Of a stretch of 64,000 bases of DNA, positions 56,501-64,000 are shown in pieces. Under the pieces are notes generated by a model. It worked only from the letters and a program-made list of their open reading frames with translations. It did no database searches and had not been told where the DNA came from. The stretch comes from a virus. Taxonomy: Duplodnaviria; Caudoviricetes. Both the position numbers and the translations under genes were made by a program. Each line of letters begins with the position of its first letter. Within the stretch, counting starts at the first letter, position 1. The stretch lies in the IMG/VR virus record IMGVR_UViG_3300035520_001860, positions 1 through 64,000 of that record. One strand, written 5' to 3'.

Positions 56501-59425
56501 ATGAGTAAGATTGATATTAAGACTTTAAAATTGACAGATGACCAAAAAGAAGTTTATAATGAAGCTATGATTTCACTTGCAAATCATAATCAGGCTGCTA
56601 TACATTTAGTGACAAGTGGTGGTAAGTCATATATCTTAGCAGCTATTCTTGATACTCTTAAGAAGCAGAAGAAGAAAAGACGTAAGAATCTAAGTGTATT
56701 ATACATATCTACTGCTGGGTCATGTACTAACTTTTTAGAGTGTATGTCAGATGAGTATTGGGATGATGTACTGTCAGTCATTAACTATACTCAGCTAAGT
56801 GTCGATGAGAAATATGTGGATAAACTTAATAAAAAGGATTTTGACATCATAGTTCTTGACGAAGCACATCTTGCTCTTGCAGAAAAAACATACAAAGGTG
56901 TATTATATACAGAGAGTAAATATCCAGATGCAGCTATAATTGCAATGTCTGCAAACAACAGAAGATATACAGGCAGAAAGCTTGTATTTGAAATACTGAC
57001 ACCTGAACTTGAAGTTGGTGTAGACTACAATAATAGAGGGTTGAAGTATGCAATAGCAAATGATAAAATATGCAAGTTTAATTACAAGTGCTGTGATATT
57101 AAAAGACTTAAAACATATTGTGATGTGTTTGAACAACTAAGACAAAGAGGATTGATTTATGTAGATGCAGATGATATACTGAATAAAGCAAGAGATATAG
57201 TAGACAGATATAAGAAGAATGCATTTAATAAATTAGGAGTACAGATAAGACAAGATTTGTCAGATATTGGTATTGATGGAAGCAAAGGGGATAGATGGTT
57301 TATCTTCTTTAATACAATAGCTGAACTTGAGGAATCAGCAAGTGCTGTGCAAGATATGTTTGAAACAGCATATAATAGTCAAAATATCACTGTAAAATGT
57401 CATCATTATCATGGCAAAAACAGAGATGTAGAGGATATCGAAAAGATTTTAACAGGTAAATCAACTCCTTATACAGTTGATGTTATAATGACATGTGAAA
57501 AGGGTGGAATGAGCTTTCATCCAGAGAATACACGTGGAATTATTATGAACAGAAAAAGTGGTTCAGAAGTTAAAATCACTCAGCAGTTGGGTAGAACACT
57601 TCAGATTAAAGAGTTATGTTCAGATTGTAAATTGATTTATGACCTTGTTGGAAATAATGAAACAATTGATATAACTCAAACAATCTTTAATGGAAAGCAG
57701 CAGCCTGATGAAAGAGATATTATATCTTGGCTTAATATGAGTACTAACACAGATAAAATGATGGAGTCGCTTGAGAAAGAATATGGTGACACAGGAGAGT
57801 ATTCAACAATTCAAGATGTAGAACTAGAAGACATTCTATCACAATTTGATGAATATAAAGAAAAAGTTGAAAACATACTTTATGCAAAAATCATAGCAAA
57901 CTTATTTGATGTGTATAAGAGTGAACATGATGGAGTTATGAGTGAGCATCCATTAGCTATACTTCGATCTTATGATAAGAGGGCTGAACTCGATAAGAAA
58001 TATGGATTAGCAGATGCATTTTCTGCTTTACAGAAGTTGTTTATTCAAGGCTACTTTGGAAATTATACCATGGATGCAGTACCAGAAGGTAGCGATTTCT
58101 ATAAGATTTATAGTTTACTTGGTGACACATTGTATATGACATCAAAGTGTAATGCTGATGCAACATGGGAGGATAAAGAATACGAAGAAACAGCTAATAT
58201 TAAACTTGTAGAGTTACAGGAGATAGCACTTAAAGTTAAGGGTTATGACTATGACTATGCAAAGAGAATATCACATACAAAGGATTTAAACAATAAGATT
58301 ACAAGACTAAGACAGCTTAATCTTGAAGGTAGACTATCTGAATCTTATCAGAAATACTGCATGAGAAACAAGATAGATATAGATGGAACTTATGTAAACT
58401 TGATAAATGCAGTATTAAGTCTGCCAGAAGCAGATAAGTTTGAAAAGATTACCAAAGAATTTAAAGCCATTGTTTCAAAGATGACAAACATTGAAACACA
58501 GATAGCATGTGGCATAAAAGTAGATGAAATGAGAGATGACTTATTAAAAGTATTTGCAATGCATCAGATATTTAGTATCAGATACAGAAGGCATACTTAT
58601 GGTAATCAGGCTATTATTGCAATAAACGTTAGATTTAGAAATATAATCATTTTAAGAAATAAAATGCTATCTCGTGATGATGTACTAACAGCACAGAAAG
58701 ATATAATGACAATAGTAAGAATAAGAATGTGCAAAGGGGATGCATCACTTAGCAGTAGAATAAATAAGGATTACGAGTTAGCAATGATGCAGTTGTCCAT
58801 TAGAAATGAGAATGGAGCAATTGGAGAATATGAATCGGTCGTACTAGATACATTAGGTATGAGATTTAGAGGTAAGTATGACAGCAAGATTAGAGACTTA
58901 ATAGATCATACTCCATTTGGTATTGCATATAATCAACTGTTAGAAAGCGGTTCTGAAACAGCTTATAACAAGCTTATGGAATACAAAATTGAGAACATGC
59001 CATTGTATTGTAGAAAACTACTTAATACGAAAAAATTCAAGCAGTCAACTGATGAAGTAAAGAGTAACAAATTACTTGTAAAAGACAGTAAGGAGATTAA
59101 ACAGCTTGTGTCAAATTTAGTATTTCCATCTGAACAAGATATAAATGACCTTAAACATAAAGTCGAAACAGAAGAATTTGATCCAAGAAATTTGATTAAG
59201 TATGCAATACCAGAGAAAGTTTATTTAAGTAACAAGAAGTTTCTTGATAGAGCAATTACTGAACAGTGGGGCAGTATAGAGAATAATGTACAGAATATTA
59301 TTCTCTCTATCATTAAGAAAAATACAATGTGTACTGGAGATATTGTAGAATGTCTGTATACTAATAAACTTATACCAGAGATTCAGATGGAATTTGCAGA
59401 CAATGTTATTAAAGTTACACAGTAA
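56501..59425 (+). CDS. Superfamily 2 helicase (ResIII/DEAH-like) with a long helical C-terminal region
   Basis: LTDDQ, TSGGKS, LDEAH, MSAN, QQLGRTL; GGAG RBS favours ATG 56501. Confidence 0.78.
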   Translation: MSKIDIKTLKLTDDQKEVYNEAMISLANHNQAAIHLVTSGGKSYILAAILDTLKKQKKKRRKNLSVLYISTAGSCTNFLECMSDEYWDDVLSVINYTQLSVDEKYVDKLNKKDFDIIVLDEAHLALAEKTYKGVLYTESKYPDAAIIAMSANNRRYTGRKLVFEILTPELEVGVDYNNRGLKYAIANDKICKFNYKCCDIKRLKTYCDVFEQLRQRGLIYVDADDILNKARDIVDRYKKNAFNKLGVQIRQDLSDIGIDGSKGDRWFIFFNTIAELEESASAVQDMFETAYNSQNITVKCHHYHGKNRDVEDIEKILTGKSTPYTVDVIMTCEKGGMSFHPENTRGIIMNRKSGSEVKITQQLGRTLQIKELCSDCKLIYDLVGNNETIDITQTIFNGKQQPDERDIISWLNMSTNTDKMMESLEKEYGDTGEYSTIQDVELEDILSQFDEYKEKVENILYAKIIANLFDVYKSEHDGVMSEHPLAILRSYDKRAELDKKYGLADAFSALQKLFIQGYFGNYTMDAVPEGSDFYKIYSLLGDTLYMTSKCNADATWEDKEYEETANIKLVELQEIALKVKGYDYDYAKRISHTKDLNNKITRLRQLNLEGRLSESYQKYCMRNKIDIDGTYVNLINAVLSLPEADKFEKITKEFKAIVSKMTNIETQIACGIKVDEMRDDLLKVFAMHQIFSIRYRRHTYGNQAIIAINVRFRNIIILRNKMLSRDDVLTAQKDIMTIVRIRMCKGDASLSSRINKDYELAMMQLSIRNENGAIGEYESVVLDTLGMRFRGKYDSKIRDLIDHTPFGIAYNQLLESGSETAYNKLMEYKIENMPLYCRKLLNTKKFKQSTDEVKSNKLLVKDSKEIKQLVSNLVFPSEQDINDLKHKVETEEFDPRNLIKYAIPEKVYLSNKKFLDRAITEQWGSIENNVQNIILSIIKKNTMCTGDIVECLYTNKLIPEIQMEFADNVIKVTQ

Positions 59426-59649
59426 CTATATTTTAACAAGATACAAAACAATTATACAGTGAAATTATAAAAATTGACACTAATAAATATAGGGTAATCT
59501 GTGCTAATTTTTAGTATACAGTATTATATATTTGAATAATCTGGGCAAACAGCATTATTGTATAATAAGTATGATTTATTATTAGTTAATTATTTTAAAA
59601 AATAATTGATTAAAACATGTAAAATTTATTTAGGAGGACATACGGAAAG

Positions 59650-61659
59650 ATGGCTAATCAAGTACAAACTGACAATCGTAACATGAAACGATTGAAAGAC
59701 GAACAACAGGTTAGACAAAGACCAGCGCCTATATTCGGAACCAATGATGAAAAAGGTGCATTTCATTCAGTAGATGAGGTTATAGCAAACTCTATTGATG
59801 AGGCACGCGAGGGATATGGTAAGGAAATTGATATTACTGTTGAAGAAGGAAATGTAGTCACAGTAGAAGATAGTGGACGTGGACTTCCAATGGATTGGAA
59901 CGAAGCAGAGAAGATGTACAACTGGGAGTTAGCACTTTGTACATTGTATGCATCAGGTAAATATGATGCATCTCAGTATGGACAGTCACTTGGACTTAAT
60001 GGACTTGGACTTACAGCAACACAGTATGCATCAGACTTCATGGAAGTATGGTCAACATATGGTGGTAAGACAAGATACATGCAGTTCTCAAAAGGAAAAC
60101 CAGTAGGTCAGATGAAAATAATGAACCCAGTTAGAGAGGGAACAGGTACAAAGATTCGATTCAGACCAGACCCAGAAGTATTCCCAGCATTGAGATATAA
60201 TAAACTTACACCTGATATGTTTGTTGATATGCTTAATAGTCAAGCAATGCTTTTAGATGGACTTGCAATTAACTTTAAACATTGTGACTTGACAAACACA
60301 ATTGTGTTTAAGTACGATGGTGGAATGGCAGAGTATGTAGATAGAGTAGTTGAAGACAAGAAAATATTACCAGAGGCTGCATACTTCTTTGATAGTGAAA
60401 CAGGAACAGATGACCCAGAACATGATGCTATGAATGACATTCCAAACTATAAGGTTGATATGCGATTAGCATTTAACTTCTGTAGAGATAGAAGCGTTGT
60501 AAGAGTATATCATAACGGTTCAAACATGTTCGAGGGTGGAGTTACAGTAGATGGATTACAAAGAGGTATTGTTGGTGCTTTCTCTGATGTAGCAAAGGCT
60601 ACTGGTAAGATAAGTAAATCAGACAGATTTTCATACAAAGACATTGAGAGCATGCTAATCTGTGTAGCTAGTACAGATGCACCAGGTAATAGAACATGGT
60701 TTAAAAACCAGACAAAAGGAGCAATCAATAACCCATTCATTGGTAAGGCATTTGCACAGTTTGTATATAACAAAATACGTTACTGGTTAGAACAGAATAC
60801 AGCTTTAGCTACAAAAGTAATTGCAGAAGCAGTTATCAATAAAAAAGCTCGTGAGGAAGCTGCAGAAGTATCTAAGAAAGTCGTTCGTTCTTTAAGTAAA
60901 TCAGTTAACTTTTCAAACAAGCCAAAAGATTTTAGAGATTGTTCTAGTAAGAATATCTTTGAAAGAGAGCTATATATCGTAGAAGGACGTTCCGCACTCG
61001 GTAGTGTAAAACTAGCATGTAATCCAAAATTTCAGGCTGTAATGCCTGTTAGGGGCAAGCCTATCAACTGTCTAAAGGAAAACATAACAAGAGTACTCAA
61101 TAACGATATTATTATTGACTTATACAGAGTATTTGGTTGTGGAATGGAAGTTAAGCATAAGAACTTGGAGGATTTACCAAAGTTTGATATTACAAAACTC
61201 AACTGGGGAAAATTAATCATATGTACTGATGCCGATGTTGATGGAAACCATATCAGATGTTTGTTAATTACAATGTTCTATATTCTTAGTCCTAGTCTGC
61301 TAAAGGCTGGTAAAGTTTATATTGCAGAAACTCCATTGTATGAGATGACATACAAGAAAGAAACAAAATTTGCATTTGATGATAATGAGAAAGAGCAAGT
61401 GCTTGCTTACTTCAAAAACATGGGAGCAAAGGATGGACAGGTAAAGATTCAGCGTTCTAAGGGATTAGGTGAGAACGATCCTGAGATGATGAGTTTATCA
61501 ACAATGAATCCTGAGACAAGACGACTCATTAGAGTTGAATATCCTGAGAATGACTCTGATTTAAGAACATACTTCAATGCATTACTTGGAGATGACCTTG
61601 AAGCAAGACGAGCATTAATTGATGAGTATTTTGATTTAGTTGATGGAAACTTAGACTAA
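59650..61659 (+). CDS. gyrB: Type IIA topoisomerase subunit B (GyrB/ParE)
   Basis: VRQRP, EVIANSIDE, DSGRGLP, GLNGLG, VEGRSA, PVRGK, DADVDG, RSKGLGE. Confidence 0.92.
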   Translation: MANQVQTDNRNMKRLKDEQQVRQRPAPIFGTNDEKGAFHSVDEVIANSIDEAREGYGKEIDITVEEGNVVTVEDSGRGLPMDWNEAEKMYNWELALCTLYASGKYDASQYGQSLGLNGLGLTATQYASDFMEVWSTYGGKTRYMQFSKGKPVGQMKIMNPVREGTGTKIRFRPDPEVFPALRYNKLTPDMFVDMLNSQAMLLDGLAINFKHCDLTNTIVFKYDGGMAEYVDRVVEDKKILPEAAYFFDSETGTDDPEHDAMNDIPNYKVDMRLAFNFCRDRSVVRVYHNGSNMFEGGVTVDGLQRGIVGAFSDVAKATGKISKSDRFSYKDIESMLICVASTDAPGNRTWFKNQTKGAINNPFIGKAFAQFVYNKIRYWLEQNTALATKVIAEAVINKKAREEAAEVSKKVVRSLSKSVNFSNKPKDFRDCSSKNIFERELYIVEGRSALGSVKLACNPKFQAVMPVRGKPINCLKENITRVLNNDIIIDLYRVFGCGMEVKHKNLEDLPKFDITKLNWGKLIICTDADVDGNHIRCLLITMFYILSPSLLKAGKVYIAETPLYEMTYKKETKFAFDDNEKEQVLAYFKNMGAKDGQVKIQRSKGLGENDPEMMSLSTMNPETRRLIRVEYPENDSDLRTYFNALLGDDLEARRALIDEYFDLVDGNLD

Positions 61660-61680
61660 TAATCAAATATAAATGAGATT

Positions 61681-61721
61681 AAAAATAGGAGCATATATTA
61701 AAAATATGTTCCTATTTTTTT
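61681..61721 (+). terminator. Rho-independent terminator
   Basis: AAAAATAGGAGCATAT / ATATGTTCCTATTTTT. Confidence 0.82.
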
Positions 61722-61781
61722 ACATTGTTAATAATATTATTATAAAATCAATTTTTTAAAATTTAGAAACAGGAGATTAAA

Positions 61782-63374
61782 ATGCAACCGACTTTTCAAG
61801 ATTTGACTGGACAAAAATTTGGTGAAATGACAGTAGTTGGATATAACAGGGATGTAAGAAGATGGATTTGTGTTTGTGATAAAGGGCACTATTGTTACAA
61901 GCAAACAACACACTTGAAAACAAGACATAATATATGTAAACAGTGTAAAGCACAAAAAGATGCTTCATTAGTTGGAAGTAAAATAGGAGAATTGACAGTA
62001 CTAAAACAGGTATCAAGCCAAGAATATTTATGTCAATGTTCATGTGGAAAGACATGTATAAAACAAAAAGGACACTTAGTAGGTGGATATGTAAAATCAT
62101 GTGGACATTTGAACAAAAATAAATTTGAGAATTTAAGAGGTCAAAGATTTGGAAAACTTGTAGCAGAAGAGTATGTATCAAAAGAGGCAGGTTGGAAATG
62201 CAAGTGTGATTGCGGTAATATAGTAAATGCTCTACCAGCTAATCTAAAAAACGGAAGTACAGCTTCATGTGGATGTAGTAATCCATATAAATTAATAGAT
62301 ATAACAAACAAGAGATTTGGAAAATTAGTAGCAGTAAGACACATATACAGAGGATTGTGGGAGTGCCAGTGTGATTGCGGTAACATATGCGAAAAACAAT
62401 CATATGATTTAAGAAATAACAGAGTTATATCATGTGGATGTGAGTCTAGCGAATCATATAAAGAGTTTCAGTTATATGAATATATAAGGTCAATATACAA
62501 CGGAGAAATTATAAAGCATAACAAAACAATATTAAAAGGTAAAGAGATAGATATATACATACCAGAAAAACATATTGCAATAGAGTTCAACGGTAACTAT
62601 TGGCATTCTTTAAAAGAAAAAAGATATCATCAAGATAAAACAATAGACTGCGTAAAACAGAAGATAAGACTGATTCATATTTTTGAGTATGAATGGGATA
62701 ACGATATTATACAAGAAAAATTAAAAATATACTTAAAGACAATATTAAATGAAAGTGAAGCTAAAGTAATATATGCAAGAAACACAAATGTACACGAGAT
62801 AAATCAGGATATAGCACAAGAATTTTTAAATAAGTATCATTTACAAGGATATGCATCATCTACAATTAACATAGGATGTTATTATAATGAACAACTGATT
62901 GGAATGATGACATTTGGTAAACCAAGATTTAACAACTCCTACGAATATGAAATAGTAAGACTATGTTGGTTGCCTACAATACATGTAGTTGGGGGCTTGG
63001 AAAAATTATTTAGCTATTTCCTTACAAAATATAATCCACAATCTATTATAACCTATGTAGACATTTCCAAGTTTACAGGTAATTCATATTTAAGAATAGG
63101 GTTTAAGTTGATACTACCAGACCCTATAACTAAGCCAAACTATGTATGGGTATCACACCATGGCAACACAGTAAAAAAACGGTATCAAACACAAAAAGCA
63201 GACCTTGTTAAAAATGGACTTGGAACAGAAGACCAAACCGAAGATGAGATTATGGAATCATTAGGTTATTATAAAATATATGATTGTGGTAATATCAAAC
63301 TAGAGTGGGTTAAGGAGGATAACAATAAATGGGAAATCACGACTATATACAAAAGGGAAATAACGGTGGTATAG
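61782..63374 (+). CDS. Zn-repeat / PD-(D/E)XK nuclease / Mom-like GNAT protein, paralog 4 (4 repeats, no HTH)
   Basis: Four repeats; EIDIYIPEKHIAIEFNGNYWHS; GNAT-like C-terminus. Confidence 0.82.
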   Translation: MQPTFQDLTGQKFGEMTVVGYNRDVRRWICVCDKGHYCYKQTTHLKTRHNICKQCKAQKDASLVGSKIGELTVLKQVSSQEYLCQCSCGKTCIKQKGHLVGGYVKSCGHLNKNKFENLRGQRFGKLVAEEYVSKEAGWKCKCDCGNIVNALPANLKNGSTASCGCSNPYKLIDITNKRFGKLVAVRHIYRGLWECQCDCGNICEKQSYDLRNNRVISCGCESSESYKEFQLYEYIRSIYNGEIIKHNKTILKGKEIDIYIPEKHIAIEFNGNYWHSLKEKRYHQDKTIDCVKQKIRLIHIFEYEWDNDIIQEKLKIYLKTILNESEAKVIYARNTNVHEINQDIAQEFLNKYHLQGYASSTINIGCYYNEQLIGMMTFGKPRFNNSYEYEIVRLCWLPTIHVVGGLEKLFSYFLTKYNPQSIITYVDISKFTGNSYLRIGFKLILPDPITKPNYVWVSHHGNTVKKRYQTQKADLVKNGLGTEDQTEDEIMESLGYYKIYDCGNIKLEWVKEDNNKWEITTIYKREITVV

Positions 63375-64000
63375 TGATAGACTGCAGAAGTGTTCCCGAT
63401 AAAGGATTTTTGAATGCAAACAAAACTAAGATAATAGCAAAAGCAAAGATAATGACAAAGGAAGAAAAAGCTAATTCACAGGATTTTGTTCCTGGTGGAC
63501 CAGATGTTATTCTAAAATACTCAACTGGAGAAACTAAACTAATTTCACGTAAGGAATTAGCAGCTAATTTTGTGCACTCCAGTGGAAATAAAATAATAAT
63601 ACCATTTTTAAAATCAAATACACAATACTTTGTATATGGTACATGCAATGAAAAATACAAGGTAATGAAATTACCAGAAAATTGCATAGCAATATTACCT
63701 AATGGTACAAGGTCAAAACCTGGATGCTACATAGTAGCTAAGGAAGGTGCAAATGGTCAAATAGATAAGAGTACAATAACATCAATGCCAAAACAAATGT
63801 TTAAGAAGTCATTTAAGGTTCCTATGCAACCAGCTATACAAAAACACATGCATGGTGCTTCAAAATCTAGCAAATCATTCAAACTCTTTAATAGAAACAA
63901 TGCACCTAAAATGAATATGCGTGCTTCAATGAAATCAAATATAGATACATCAGAAATTGGAATGAATCCAGCAAATATTCATGTAAGTTCTATAAATGAT
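63329..64000 (+). CDS. Hypothetical protein, 3'-truncated by the window (absent from the ORF track)
   Basis: AAGGAGG RBS at 63312 and ATG 63329; MGNHDYIQKGNNGGIVIDCRSVPDKGF... stays open to the window end. Confidence 0.75.
   Translation, partial: MGNHDYIQKGNNGGIVIDCRSVPDKGFLNANKTKIIAKAKIMTKEEKANSQDFVPGGPDVILKYSTGETKLISRKELAANFVHSSGNKIIIPFLKSNTQYFVYGTCNEKYKVMKLPENCIAILPNGTRSKPGCYIVAKEGANGQIDKSTITSMPKQMFKKSFKVPMQPAIQKHMHGASKSSKSFKLFNRNNAPKMNMRASMKSNIDTSEIGMNPANIHVSSIND

Larger units (their letters stand above)
1..64000 (+). mobile_element. Segment of a giant extrachromosomal element (megaplasmid-like, conjugation-type genes), probably Firmicutes/Clostridia host
   Basis: Single coding strand and mostly orphan ORFs. 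Carries its own dnaX, gyrB-like, DnaC-like, helicase and HU genes plus a VirB4 + FtsK cluster. No housekeeping operons or recognisable virion genes. A jumbo phage or ICE is not excluded. Confidence 0.7.

Noticed and set aside
56815-56823. Perfect DnaA box (TGTGGATAA)
   Set aside because: A single copy inside the helicase ORF; no cluster.
59474-59500. TTGACA upstream of gyrB as a promoter
   Set aside because: No acceptable -10 box at 16-18 bp spacing, so it is not called.
1-64000. Alternative genetic code (stop-codon reassignment as in some jumbo phages)
   Set aside because: Genes are long and intact in code 11, and TAA, TAG and TGA all terminate genes just before terminators or the next RBS; the TAA at 17951 is an isolated case.
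1-64000. Prophage or jumbo-phage structural module
   Set aside because: No terminase, portal, capsid, tail or lysis motifs recognised; the large proteins have signal peptides, lipoboxes and TMs instead. A phage origin for the whole contig cannot be excluded from this window.

Overview
A low-GC (roughly 30% by eye), purine-rich, gene-dense segment. Every credible gene lies on the + strand, uses genetic code 11, and has Firmicutes-type Shine-Dalgarno sites and SigA promoters. There are no ribosomal, metabolic, tRNA or virion genes, and more than half the ORFs have no family I recognise. The recognisable genes point to a very large extrachromosomal element (megaplasmid-like, probably from a Clostridia-type host; this is inference). 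Its replication and DNA-topology genes are DnaX, a GyrB/ParE-type subunit, a DnaC/IstB-like ATPase, SNF2 and SF2 helicases, HU and an ArdC-like protein. A roughly 28-kb divergent Gram-positive conjugation-like cluster (about 20.3-48.5 kb) encodes VirB4, an FtsK/TcpA-type coupling ATPase, a TadZ/MinD-like ATPase, giant membrane proteins and three paralogous two-TM proteins. The standout signal is four dispersed paralogs (16.3, 42.8, 49.1, 61.8 kb). Each has 1-5 tandem ~55-aa Cys-rich zinc-binding repeats with a hypervariable x-x-x-x-L segment resembling C2H2 recognition helices, then a Vsr/DUF559-like PD-(D/E)XK nuclease and a Mom-like GNAT domain. These are candidate natural modular zinc-finger nucleases or DNA modifiers. 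Other notable items: a strongly codon-optimised orphan gene with tandem promoters and structured UTRs, a Cys-cluster protein paired with an orphan radical SAM activase, and pervasive Asp/Phe-rich disordered regions sharing short motifs. All family calls come from motif recognition by eye; no searches were run.
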